DNA of 58,917 nt from Polyangiales bacterium (GTDB lineage Bacteria > Myxococcota_A > Polyangia > Polyangiales > Polyangiaceae). Positions 1-11,063 of the stretch are shown in pieces. A program made the position numbers and the translations under genes. Each line of letters opens with the position of its first letter. Within the stretch, counting starts at the first letter, position 1. The notes beneath the pieces are model-generated. The model saw only the letters and a list, made by a program, of their open reading frames with translations, was not told the origin of the DNA and did no database searches. The stretch lies in contig JBBRNJ010000058.1 in NCBI GenBank assembly GCA_038230375.1, forward strand, positions 1 through 58,917, in the 5' to 3' direction.

Positions 1-426
1 GACGACGGCGACCGCGGCCTCGCGCACCTTGCCGAGCGGCACGAGGCGAAGTACGCCGTCCGCGCGCGCCTCCACCAGGTCGAGCGGAAAGAGGTAGGTG
101 CCCGCCTGGATGACCGTCCCCTCGAAAGACAGCGTGCGCCTTGCGCCACGGACCAGCCAGAAGAGCGCCGTGGCGAGCATGACGTCCACGGCGGCGAACC
201 AGAGGCTCTGACGGCTGGGCCATTGCGCGGCAAAGACAGCATAGAGGCCAAGGACCAGCGCGACGCCCAAGAGGAGTCGCAGGCTCCTGCGCGTGTTCCC
301 AGGCCGCAAGATGGGCGTGAGCACGCCGCGCCCCGTGAGCGACTCCACGAGCCGCCGCTTGCACGCATCGGGCAGCCGCGAGAACGACACCACGCGCTCC
401 TTCCCGGTGTAGGGCCCGGAAGGCAC
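1..426 (-). CDS. Partial (3'-truncated) hypothetical membrane protein
   Basis: Open minus frame from GTG at 426 to the window edge (VPSGPYTGKERVVSFSRLPDACKRRLVESL...LRLLLGVALVLGLYAVFA...SLWFAAVDVMLATALFWLV...GTYLFPLDLVEA). Two hydrophobic segments; not in the ORF track because it has no stop in the window. Confidence 0.6.
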   Translation of the reverse strand, partial: MPSGPYTGKERVVSFSRLPDACKRRLVESLTGRGVLTPILRPGNTRRSLRLLLGVALVLGLYAVFAAQWPSRQSLWFAAVDVMLATALFWLVRGARRTLSFEGTVIQAGTYLFPLDLVEARADGVLRLVPLGKVREAAVAVV

Positions 427-550
427 ACCAAAGACAGAGCCGCGCGCACCAAGGGTTCGGTACATCCCGCTAGCGCCCTCTCGGGAGCGGAGGCTTCTTC
501 GATGTGCGAGGCAACGCCACGAAGATAGTTTACGCCGAAACGGACGTCGC

Positions 551-586
551 AAAGCAAAAGCCCCGCGCCGACGAATCGGGCGGGGC
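551..586 (-). terminator. Rho-independent terminator of the activator/reductase operon
   Basis: Minus strand GCCCCGCCCGA-TTCG-TCGGCGCGGGGC stem-loop followed by TTTTGCTTT, about 35 nt after the stop at 621. Confidence 0.8.
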
Positions 587-620
587 CTTGGTGCGAGAGG
601 GAATGTTCCTCTCTACGGTT

Positions 621-2489
<1,869 letters not shown>

Positions 2490-2517
2490 GCTCGTAGTCT
2501 CCTCTTAATCCTTCAGT

Positions 2518-5500
2518 TCATTCAGCAGCGCTGTCAGCGCTCACACTTTTCTGATTCTCTTCCGCACGCCCCGTGTCGACTCTGACCACGTTGCCCGCGG
2601 CAGTCTTCCTGCCCAGCGTCACGAAGCCCTTCGGCATCTCGGGCGCCTCGTTCGTCTTGTCCTTGGGCTGCGCCTCGTACGCCATGATGCGCTCGCGCAC
2701 CGCGGCCAGCTCGGCGATGGTCTTCGGATCGCTCACCTGACGTGCAGCGAGCTGCGCCTTGCGGAGCTCGAGGAGCTCCTCCTTCTTCTTGTCGATCAGG
2801 TGGCTGAGCTCGCGCGTGCGCTTGCCCGAGTCCTGAAGGCGCTCCTCGTGGAGGCGCAGCGCGTGCGCATACGTCTTCACGCGGATCTTGATGCTGCCGC
2901 CCGGCTTGTTCGCGTCAATGTCGTGGAGTGCCGCGTAAGGCGTCTTGCTCGTGCTGATGATGTCGTCGATCAGGCCGTAGGTCGGCGAGTCGTGACCGCA
3001 CTTGAAGCTCGAGAGGTCGAGCACGACGACGTTCGGGTGGTGGGCTGCGAACGCCGCGGCCCACACCTTCTGCGCGCTGTTGACGGAGTAGTTCTCCGGC
3101 CAGATGTGGTTGATCTCGAGCGGGTGCTTGATGATGCCCTTCTCGAGATCCTCCTTGTAATACTTGTCGAGGTACTCGCGCGTCTTCGGGATCGCACGCA
3201 CCGACAGGATCGGGTAGCCGAGGACCTGGAACTCCTCGGGGATGCCGTGGTTCAGGCCCGGATCGTTGTGGTACGGACGGCCGATCATGAGGATGGCGAC
3301 GCGGTCCTCGGCCTCGACGGTCTCGAGGATGGCGCGCCCCTTGTTCTGGACGTCGTTGTCGAAGATGGTGAGCGCCTTCCAGGCCTCGCGGCATGCGTGG
3401 TCGTTCTCGTCCTCGGTGATGCCAAGGCGCGGACCGAAGGTCTCGAACAGGCGCCGCGCCATGAGCGAGGGTTCCTCGAAGGACATGGCCGGGTCGATGA
3501 ACTCGATGCCGCGCGTCGCGAAGAAGTCGACCTCCTTGGTGAAGGCCGCCTTCATGACGTCCGGCGCGCCTGCAACGATCGGGCAGCTCGCGTTGTCCAT
3601 GGTGTCCACGACGAAGTTGTTCACGTGCGTGAGGCACGGGAAGAAGATGTACTTGAGCGGCTTGCGCTCGTCCGGCGCGTGGTGGTGGAAGAGCAGGTTG
3701 TGCACGTGCGCCTGCGCGACCTTGGACGGGTAGCACGGGTCGATCGAGCCGTACTTGCCGCCTTCGACCCAGAGCTCCTCGGTCGTGGCGTCGCTGAAGA
3801 TGACGTGCTGCTTCTGGATGCCAATGGACTCCAGGTAGGTCCTGAAGAACGGCGCCGTGGAGTAGATGTTGAGGACGCGCGGGATGCCGATGCGCACCTT
3901 GCGGCGGGCCTCCCACGACTCCTTGGTGCTGCGCTTGAAGGGACGCGTGTACTCTACACGCCTCTGCCCGAGGATGCCCTTGCGGACCTCGACGTCCTTC
4001 ACGGCGGAGCCATCCTCCGGCTGGGGCGCGGGTGAGTAGAAGTGCATGAAGGCGCGCTTCGCCTCGTAGTCCACCATGTTGGGGTACTTCTGCGCGATCT
4101 TCTTCCGGTCCGCGACGAGCGCGAGCATCTGCTCCTTGCTCTCGACGGTGCCCTTCTCGCAGGAGAAGCCGGCGATGTAGCGGCTGGTGCGGCCGTCGGG
4201 CGTCTTCGTGTCGATGAACGTGCGCTTGCACTCGTTCTCGCAGAAGTGGCAGACGGTCTCCTCGTCGTTCTTGGACGTGTATTCGAGGTTGATCGTCTCG
4301 TCGATGCCGATGAACGTGGACACGCCCTTGCGCATGACGACGCGGCGCGTCTCCATGGCTGCGCCGATCGCGCCGGCTTCGCCCGTGTGCGGGTGGACGT
4401 AGACCTCTGCGCCGGGGACGCGCTCCTTGATGTAGTCGACCTGCGCCTTGACGGCCGCAAGGTTGTACTGCGTGCCGCCCTGGAGGACGAACTTCTTCCC
4501 GAGCGACGCCATGCGCGGGATCTGGACGACGTACTGCCACACGTTCTTCGGGAGAACCTGCGCGAGGCCGGCGAGCATCTCTTCCTTCGAGAAGCCCTCC
4601 TTCTGGAAGTTCACGCGATCAGTATCCAGGAAGACGGCGCAGCCGTAGCTGAACTTGGGCGCGAGCTCCGCCTTGAACGCGACCTCCGCGTACTCCGTGA
4701 CGGGGACGCCGAAGGAGTCGCTGGTGGCCTGCAGCAGCGTGCCGTTACCGGCAGAGCAGCTGTTACTGAGGCGGAAGTTGCCGATGTCGCCGTTCTTCAT
4801 GAACAGGACCTTGATGTCCTGCCCGCCGATGTCGCAGATGACGTCGACGTCGCCGAAGAAGTGAACCGCGCTCATCATGTGCGCGACGGTCTCGACGATG
4901 TTCACGTCGCTCTTCACGCACTCCTCGAGCACGTCGGCCGCGTAGCCGGTGGCGCCGAAGCCCTTGATGTCGAGGGTGGCGCCCTGCGCCGTGACGTACT
5001 CCTTGAGCTGTTGCATCAGCTCCTTGGTGTCGAGGATCGGGTTGCCCTTGGAGAGCTGGTAGGCCTTGCAGAGGATCTTGCCGCTGGTGAAGTCGACGAG
5101 GACGGCCTTGCTCGACGTGGAGCCGCCGTCCATTCCGATGATGGCCTCTACGACCTGACCGGGCTCGAACGTGGCGCTCTCGAACTTGGGGATCTTGTAG
5201 GCGACGCGGAAGTCCGCGAGCTCCTGCTCGTTCTTGTTGAGCGGCGGGCCTGCGGTCTCACCAAGGCGCGCCTTGCGGCCTGTGGTGATGTACTCGACGA
5301 GCTCGTCGAGCGGCTTCATCCAGCCGATGTGCTCCGGCTCGTGCAGGCCGTAGATGACGGCGCCGAGCGCCGCGTAGTACTGCGCGTTCTCCGGAACGAA
5401 GATGAGCTCCTCGATCGGGACGTCCTTCGGGTAGTCGAAGCCGCGCTCGTCCCACACCTGCGGAATGCGCAGGCGCCAGCAGTCTTGAAGGAACGGCAGG

Positions 5501-6201
5501 TACGTGTTGGGCCCGCCAAGGAGCAGCACGCGCGGCTTCAGCGTTCCGCCGCGCGTGAGCACGGACAGGTTCTGCATGACGATCGCGTCCGCGAGTGAGC
5601 ACAGCACCTCGGTCGACGGGATGCCGCTCTTGATCAGGTTGACGATGTCCGTCTCCGCGAACACGCCGCACTTCGCGGCCACGTGGTGGAGCTTGCTGTC
5701 GTCGAAGCGGAGCGTGGTGACGAGCTCCGGCGGTGCGTTCACCTTGAGGAAGCACTTGTCGATGGTGGCGCCCGTTCCAGAGGCGCACTTGTCGTTCATC
5801 GAGGCGGTGGCGGTCTTGTCGTTGTTCTCGTCCGCCTTGAACATGATGATCTTGGCGTCTTGTCCGCCGAGCTCGATCACGGAGCCCACGTCCGGGTGCA
5901 GGTGCTCCACGGCAAGGGTGACGGCGTTCACTTCCTGGACGAACTTGGCGCCCGTGGGCGAGCAGAGCGGCGCAGAGCCGGAGCCCGTCATGAACATGCG
6001 GAAGTTCTCGGGCTTGTGATCCGGGAAGGCCACGAGGATCGCCTCGAGCAGCTCGAGCACCTTCTCGGGCTGCTTCGTGTGGTGGCGCTGGTAGTCGCTC
6101 CACAGGATCTCCTTGTTGGCCGGATTGACGACGGTGGCCTTCACTGTCGTGGAGCCAACATCCATACCAATCGCCAGGAAATTGCCGCGGTTCGTCGCCA
6201 T
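2518..6201 (-). CDS. BadF/BadG/BcrA/BcrD-type CoA-enzyme activase with two ASKHA ATPase domains plus a DUF2229 reductase domain (PlsA-like)
   Basis: 1227 aa; GMDVGSTTVKA...ELGGQDAK...NDKCASGTG...KCGVFAE, then GMDGGSTSSKA...DIGGQDIK...SCSAGNG...GCAVF, then CHFCENEC, then IGIPRVLN/CYPSKVAQAH/SFKCGHD. Confidence 0.85.
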   Translation of the reverse strand: MATNRGNFLAIGMDVGSTTVKATVVNPANKEILWSDYQRHHTKQPEKVLELLEAILVAFPDHKPENFRMFMTGSGSAPLCSPTGAKFVQEVNAVTLAVEHLHPDVGSVIELGGQDAKIIMFKADENNDKTATASMNDKCASGTGATIDKCFLKVNAPPELVTTLRFDDSKLHHVAAKCGVFAETDIVNLIKSGIPSTEVLCSLADAIVMQNLSVLTRGGTLKPRVLLLGGPNTYLPFLQDCWRLRIPQVWDERGFDYPKDVPIEELIFVPENAQYYAALGAVIYGLHEPEHIGWMKPLDELVEYITTGRKARLGETAGPPLNKNEQELADFRVAYKIPKFESATFEPGQVVEAIIGMDGGSTSSKAVLVDFTSGKILCKAYQLSKGNPILDTKELMQQLKEYVTAQGATLDIKGFGATGYAADVLEECVKSDVNIVETVAHMMSAVHFFGDVDVICDIGGQDIKVLFMKNGDIGNFRLSNSCSAGNGTLLQATSDSFGVPVTEYAEVAFKAELAPKFSYGCAVFLDTDRVNFQKEGFSKEEMLAGLAQVLPKNVWQYVVQIPRMASLGKKFVLQGGTQYNLAAVKAQVDYIKERVPGAEVYVHPHTGEAGAIGAAMETRRVVMRKGVSTFIGIDETINLEYTSKNDEETVCHFCENECKRTFIDTKTPDGRTSRYIAGFSCEKGTVESKEQMLALVADRKKIAQKYPNMVDYEAKRAFMHFYSPAPQPEDGSAVKDVEVRKGILGQRRVEYTRPFKRSTKESWEARRKVRIGIPRVLNIYSTAPFFRTYLESIGIQKQHVIFSDATTEELWVEGGKYGSIDPCYPSKVAQAHVHNLLFHHHAPDERKPLKYIFFPCLTHVNNFVVDTMDNASCPIVAGAPDVMKAAFTKEVDFFATRGIEFIDPAMSFEEPSLMARRLFETFGPRLGITEDENDHACREAWKALTIFDNDVQNKGRAILETVEAEDRVAILMIGRPYHNDPGLNHGIPEEFQVLGYPILSVRAIPKTREYLDKYYKEDLEKGIIKHPLEINHIWPENYSVNSAQKVWAAAFAAHHPNVVVLDLSSFKCGHDSPTYGLIDDIISTSKTPYAALHDIDANKPGGSIKIRVKTYAHALRLHEERLQDSGKRTRELSHLIDKKKEELLELRKAQLAARQVSDPKTIAELAAVRERIMAYEAQPKDKTNEAPEMPKGFVTLGRKTAAGNVVRVDTGRAEENQKSVSADSAAE

Positions 6202-6246
6202 GGGGTTCTGTTTCCTCGAAACTTCAGTACGCGCGAGGTCTGGAAC

Positions 6247-6263
6247 TAGACTCGCGTGTCAGT
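6247..6263. promoter_or_regulatory. Putative TetR operator box 1
   Basis: TAGACTCGCGTGTCAGT, an imperfect GAC-N6-GTC palindrome about 45 nt upstream of the activator ATG; 16/17 identical to the reverse complement of box 2. Confidence 0.6.
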
Positions 6264-6428
6264 GGCGTAGCCTACAGCTCCTGGAACGCAATGCGAAGAT
6301 TTTTCGCTTGCCCAGCCAGAATGCAAATACCCGCATGATCTTGGCCCTGTCTGCTAGTAGCTCTGCCCTCCGCAGCTCCTTCCCATGCAGTCCAACGCCC
6401 CCCAGCGCACTCCCTCGGCTCCGCCGGA

Positions 6429-6445
6429 ACTGACACGCGCGTCTA
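6429..6445. promoter_or_regulatory. Putative TetR operator box 2
   Basis: ACTGACACGCGCGTCTA, about 47 nt upstream of the likely TetR GTG; inverted near-copy of box 1. Confidence 0.6.
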
Positions 6446-6492
6446 CCTTGGCGCTCTCCGCACCTCTTTCGGTCGGTTCCTCGACCAGAGGT

Positions 6493-7158
6493 GTGGCGTC
6501 GACCTATGCTCCGAAGACCGCGTTGAACAAGGCTGCTCGCCGCCAACACATCCTCTTATGCGCGCGCGACGTGTTCGCGAAGCGCGGCTATCACGCGGCA
6601 AAAATAGACGAGATCGTCGCCGCCGCGAACGTGGCGCGTGGCACCTTCTATCTCTACTTCGAGGACAAGCGCGCCATCTTCGAGGAGATCGTCGACCGGG
6701 CCTTCGCGCGCCTCGGCATGTCGTTCGTGCGCGTGGACCCCGAGGACGCCACGCGGACGGTCGCGGAGCAGATCCAGGAGAACATCCGCCGCATCGTGAG
6801 CACGCTGCTCGAGGATCGCGCGACCACGAAGATCCTCCTCTCCGACGCGGTCGGGCTGGATCCGGCGTTCGACCGCAAGCTGCTCGTGTTCTACGAAGAG
6901 GTCGGGCGCCTGCTCGAGGAGAGCCTGGTGGACGGGCAGAAGCTCGGCGTCGTGTCCGAGGGCGACACGAAGATGATGACGATCCTCACGCTCGGCGCGT
7001 TGAAGGAGATGCTCTACCAGGTCGTCATGCGCGGCCTGGCGATGGACGAAGAGCGCATCGTGGACGAGATCTTCCGCTTCCTGTCGAAGGGCTGCCTGCG
7101 CGTGCCCGAGCAGGCGCCCGGGACGGCAGAGCCCGTCACTCGCACCGCGAGAGCGTGA
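6493..7158 (+). CDS. TetR/AcrR family transcriptional regulator
   Basis: HTH: RRQHILLCARDVFAKRGYHAAKIDEIVAAANVARGTFYLYF. GTG at 6493 (after AGAGG) is preferred over the track start at 6385, which would overlap operator box 2. Confidence 0.9.
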   Translation: MASTYAPKTALNKAARRQHILLCARDVFAKRGYHAAKIDEIVAAANVARGTFYLYFEDKRAIFEEIVDRAFARLGMSFVRVDPEDATRTVAEQIQENIRRIVSTLLEDRATTKILLSDAVGLDPAFDRKLLVFYEEVGRLLEESLVDGQKLGVVSEGDTKMMTILTLGALKEMLYQVVMRGLAMDEERIVDEIFRFLSKGCLRVPEQAPGTAEPVTRTARA

Positions 7159-7954
7159 GCGTCGCCCCGGCGGCCTTCGCCTCACGCGAGCGAACGGCGA
7201 GCTCACCCGTGCTCGTCAGGGCGAAGAGCACCGATACACTCGCCCCGGCGTCGCCGCCGGGGGAAAGCGCGCGCTGACCGATCGTCGACGCCGGGAATGG
7301 CTCGGAGGTCCACGTGCCGCTGGTGAGGATCATCTTCGCGGCCAGCCCCGGGTCGTAGTCGTCCGGGGCGGCGATCGACGCGTTGATATTTCCACCGTCC
7401 CCCCACGAGTCGGACGGGAACGCGCGCCTGCACTCATCGGCTCCCTTGGAATCGTTCATGCCCTCATCCCAGTCGGAGCGCATGCTGACGACCTTGCCCG
7501 CGCAGAGCCCACCGTCACACCCCGCGCCCGCGAACGAGATCGTCGCTGTGGCTACCTGTAGAAATGACAGCTGCGCCTGCGTGAGCGCGAACCGCACGAG
7601 CACGACCTCCGCCGGGGCAGTCATCTGGGCGTGGAGCGTCGTGGAGATGCCAAACGTCTGGAAGGCGTTGCAGTGATTGCCATCGTCCACCAGGTACGTG
7701 TCCGCCGCGGACGTGATCTGGAAGGTGGCGCAGGCGTCTGCGCCGGCATCCGTGGAGGCATCCGTGGTGGCATCTGGTGAGCCAGCATCCATGGCTGGGG
7801 GGGCGCCCGCGTCACCGCCGCCCTCCGCTGACGCGTCGGTTCCGCCGTCACCACTGGCGCTGGTCGAGTACGCGGAGTCGCAAGCGAACGCCACGACCGC
7901 GAACGCCGCCCCGAGCAACCCCAGCAGCCACCCCACACGCACCGACATGATCAC
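7136..7954 (-). CDS. Secreted lipoprotein, paralog A (possible DNRLRE/CBM96-like beta domain)
   Basis: Signal peptide ending AFAC, DAG/DAS linker, then ADTYLVDDGNHCN...LVRFA...RSDW...DSKGADECRRAFPS; clearly similar to 8609-9421. Confidence 0.7.
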   Translation of the reverse strand: MIMSVRVGWLLGLLGAAFAVVAFACDSAYSTSASGDGGTDASAEGGGDAGAPPAMDAGSPDATTDASTDAGADACATFQITSAADTYLVDDGNHCNAFQTFGISTTLHAQMTAPAEVVLVRFALTQAQLSFLQVATATISFAGAGCDGGLCAGKVVSMRSDWDEGMNDSKGADECRRAFPSDSWGDGGNINASIAAPDDYDPGLAAKMILTSGTWTSEPFPASTIGQRALSPGGDAGASVSVLFALTSTGELAVRSREAKAAGATLTLSRCE

Positions 7955-8026
7955 GATCGTAGGCGGGCGCCGACCGACACCCCATCATATTGCATGGAGT
8001 GCAAACCGGGCCTACCTTTCACCTGG

Positions 8027-8596
8027 ATGGGCCGGAAGCACGACACCACACATGCTCGCATCGTGCGGGAGGCCTCGCGGCTCTTTCGCGAGCACGGTAC
8101 GAGCGCCGTCGGCGTGGAGCAGGTGATGGACGCGGCCAGCCTCACCCGCGGAGGCTTCTACGCGCACTTCAAGAACAAGGAGTCGCTGGTCGCCGAGGCC
8201 ATCACGCTTGGCTTCGAGGACGCCAAGACGAACCTGTTCGGGATGCGGGAGAACGAGGGCCCGGCGTGGCTCGCTCGCGCAGCAAGCCGCTACCTGGCCG
8301 AGCCTCACATCGACGCCGTCGGCGATGGCTGCATCGTCGCCGCGCTTGGCGCCGACATGGCCCGCGCAGACGCTCGCGCCTCCGGAGCTCCGAGGAGCGT
8401 CCCGCGCGCCGCGTTCGATCAGGGTCTGGCCGAGGTGATCGACGGGATCCGCGCACGTCTCGGTGACCGCGAGCCCGCTCGCGCCGCCGCGCTGTTCGGC
8501 TCATGGGTCGGCGCACTACAGCTCGCGCGGCTCACGCCCGACCGCGCCGTTGCGCGCGGCATCCTCGCGGCGGCGCGTCAGACCAGTCTCGGGTGA
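8027..8596 (+). CDS. TetR/AcrR family transcriptional regulator
   Basis: THARIVREASRLFREHGTSAVGVEQVMDAASLTRGGFYAHFKNKESL HTH and a C-terminal GC motif; start is ATG 8027 or 7994. Confidence 0.9.
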   Translation: MGRKHDTTHARIVREASRLFREHGTSAVGVEQVMDAASLTRGGFYAHFKNKESLVAEAITLGFEDAKTNLFGMRENEGPAWLARAASRYLAEPHIDAVGDGCIVAALGADMARADARASGAPRSVPRAAFDQGLAEVIDGIRARLGDREPARAAALFGSWVGALQLARLTPDRAVARGILAAARQTSLG

Positions 8597-8608
8597 TCGT
8601 CATATTCT

Positions 8609-9421
8609 TCACTGGCAGCGCGTGACGGTCATGCTCATGCCGCCATCCGCATCATGGGCAGGGAACACGAGCTCACCCGCCGGCGACGTGACCTTGAACA
8701 GCAGCGTCACCGTGTAGCCAGCGGCGGCATTGCCGGCCAGCCGGCCGTTGAGCGTGGCGGATGGGAGCGGCGCGGAACGCCACGTACTTCCCGAGAGAGA
8801 CATTGCCGCGATGGGTGCAGTGTCGTAGTCCGCGGGCTGCGCGATCGGAGCGCCGAGGCCCGCGGTCCACCCGAAGGATGGAAAGTCGCGGCGACAAAGA
8901 TCGGCCCCCTTGCTGTCCCCGGAAGCCTCTGCCCAGTCTGAGCGGGCGGCATACGCATTCCCGTCGCACACCCCGCCGCTGCAGGTGGCTCCGCTGGTCG
9001 AGACCGTGATTTTTGCGGTGGAATCGAGGAGGGCGAGCTGGGCCGCCGAGATCGCGAACCTGACGAGCGCGTACTCCGCGGGGCTGGACACCTGTGCCCG
9101 CAACGTCGTGGCGTTACCGAACGTCATGAACCCGTTGCAGTGATTGTTGTCGTCGACCAGGTACGTGTCAGCGACGGCCGGGATCACGAAGCTCGCGCAC
9201 CCTGCGTCCTGCGCGCCGGTGTCCTTCTGCGCTCCCCCGTCCGACGAGCCCATGACGTCCGCGGCACCGTCCGAAACGACCTCGCCATCACCCGCGCTCG
9301 CGTCCTCACCACCGCCGCCCCCACCCTTTGAATCGGCGCCGCCGAACGCGCCACAAGCCATCCCCATCGCGCAAGATGCTGCTACGAGACCAGCGACCGC
9401 GAGCGCCTGCTTTTGCCGCAT
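8609..9421 (-). CDS. Secreted lipoprotein, paralog B
   Basis: Signal peptide ...GMAC-GAFGGADS, DAG linker, then ADTYLVDDNNHCN...LVRFA...RSDW...DSKGADLCRRDFPS. Confidence 0.7.
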   Translation of the reverse strand: MRQKQALAVAGLVAASCAMGMACGAFGGADSKGGGGGGEDASAGDGEVVSDGAADVMGSSDGGAQKDTGAQDAGCASFVIPAVADTYLVDDNNHCNGFMTFGNATTLRAQVSSPAEYALVRFAISAAQLALLDSTAKITVSTSGATCSGGVCDGNAYAARSDWAEASGDSKGADLCRRDFPSFGWTAGLGAPIAQPADYDTAPIAAMSLSGSTWRSAPLPSATLNGRLAGNAAAGYTVTLLFKVTSPAGELVFPAHDADGGMSMTVTRCQ

Positions 9422-9494
9422 CCTACAACAATATCACGCCCATCATATTTTTCTAGTTCCTGCCCAACCCCCGCCGCGAGCCGAGAAGAGACGC

Positions 9495-9647
9495 CTACTT
9501 GCAGAATTTGACGGAGAGCACGGACTTCTCCGCGGTCTGCCTGCGCCGAACGTTGCTATCGCTGCCTCCGAATGCGCTGCACGCAGCAGCGGCGGCGCAG
9601 AACGTGACGATGACTCCAGCAGTGACCCGCGCAGAGGTTCCTTGCAT
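9495..9647 (-). pseudogene. 50-aa lipoprotein-like ORF; probable internally deleted third paralog
   Basis: MQGTSARVTAGVIVTFCAAAAACSAFGGSDSNVRRRQTAEKSVLSVKFCK. ACSAFGGSDS matches ACGAFGGADS of paralog B, and the C-terminal SVKFCK resembles TVTRCQ/TLSRCE. Confidence 0.45.
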
Positions 9648-9708
9648 CGCCTGAGAATATCAGGCCTGACATGTTTTGCGACCGCGGCGGCCGGTCGTGT
9701 GATCTCCC

Positions 9709-10437
9709 TCAGTGACGCGCGAACTCGGTGACGAAGTTCCTCAGCAGCTTCGGTGCGTCGGGGGACTCGGTGACGTTCCCGAGGATGGACTCGAAGGAGA
9801 GACCCTCGGCCCGGATGAGCGCGGCGCGCGCCTCGACATACGAGCGGATGATGTCCGCGTCTAGCTCGGGATGCAGCTGCACGCAGCGCACGCGCTCGCC
9901 GATCGCGTAGGCCGCGTGCGGATCGAGGCTGGTGGTCGCGAAGAGACGCGCGTCCTTCGGCAGGGCAACGACGCTGTCCACGTGGGTGGCCTGGATCTTC
10001 ATGGCGCGGGCGCAGCCGCGATAGAGTGGGTCCGCAGCGGCTTGCTCCGAGAGCTCGAGGACGACGGTGCCGATCTCGCGGCCGCGCGGGTTCTTCTCCA
10101 CGCGGCCGCCGAATGCGTCGGCGATCAGCTGGTGTCCAAAGCACAGGCCGAGCACGGGCACGCCCTCGTTGGATACGGTGCGCAGAAACGCGCCCGCGCG
10201 CTTCATCCAGGGCGCTTGCTCCGTGACGGAGTGGGAGGAACCAGACACGATGATGCCCGCGATGGTGTCGGCGGCGGGGAGCGCTTCGTCCGTACGCACG
10301 TCGACGACGCGAACCTCGCCGGTCCATGCGTCGCCGATGCCTTCGCGGATGATCTCCGGATACTGCCCGCGTCGCTCGGCAACGGAAACCATGGCGTCGC
10401 CAGTGCGAAAAATGACGAGGGCGCGAGCGGATGCCAC
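9709..10437 (-). CDS. Type 1 glutamine amidotransferase (GMP-synthase-like)
   Basis: GIIVSGS, catalytic LGLCFGHQ and QLHPE triad motifs. Confidence 0.85.
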   Translation of the reverse strand: MASARALVIFRTGDAMVSVAERRGQYPEIIREGIGDAWTGEVRVVDVRTDEALPAADTIAGIIVSGSSHSVTEQAPWMKRAGAFLRTVSNEGVPVLGLCFGHQLIADAFGGRVEKNPRGREIGTVVLELSEQAAADPLYRGCARAMKIQATHVDSVVALPKDARLFATTSLDPHAAYAIGERVRCVQLHPELDADIIRSYVEARAALIRAEGLSFESILGNVTESPDAPKLLRNFVTEFARH

Positions 10438-10514
10438 CGGTCAAATGTAGTGCGGTTTTCGTCGTCGTCGATCCGATTTTCGACCTCCACCGCGGCCTGG
10501 GCTAGGCTTCTCGC

Positions 10515-11063
10515 ATGCGCTTTCGCTTCGCCGTCGCTCCTTGCTCGCTGATCGCCGCGATCGTGTTTGCGTGCGGCGGCCGCGTCACGACGCCGGGTGA
10601 CTCTGGTGATGCATCGGTCGTGGACGACGCTGGGGCCGAGGCTTCTGCGGCGGTCGACGGCAGCGTGGTGGATCCGACCTTCGACGGCAGCGGTCCCTGC
10701 GTCAAGTCTCCGGTCCACGGCACGCCTTGCATTCCTGGACAGGTGTCCTGCGATCGCGTCGACCTCTGCTGCGCGACGGCGATGGTCTGCGACGCGGTGA
10801 GCAAGACGTGGAACCCCACCGCCAACGAGTGCCTACTCTGCCCCACGCATCCATGCGGCGATCAGACCTGTCAGGGCACCGAGATGTGCATCACGCATCC
10901 ACAGAGCGCCGGCCCTGCCACGTACGAGTGTGCCCCCTACCCGGGCGCCTGCGCGCGCGAATGGACCTGCCTCTGCGTCGAGGGCACCCTCCCGTCCGCG
11001 TGCAAGGGCCCCGCGCAAGGCTGCGCGGACGAGAAGCTACCTGTCACGCTGGTCTGCGACTGA
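10515..11063 (+). CDS. Cys-rich secreted lipoprotein
   Basis: Signal peptide with FACGG lipobox, DAS/DAG linker, then many regularly spaced Cys. Confidence 0.65.
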   Translation: MRFRFAVAPCSLIAAIVFACGGRVTTPGDSGDASVVDDAGAEASAAVDGSVVDPTFDGSGPCVKSPVHGTPCIPGQVSCDRVDLCCATAMVCDAVSKTWNPTANECLLCPTHPCGDQTCQGTEMCITHPQSAGPATYECAPYPGACAREWTCLCVEGTLPSACKGPAQGCADEKLPVTLVCD

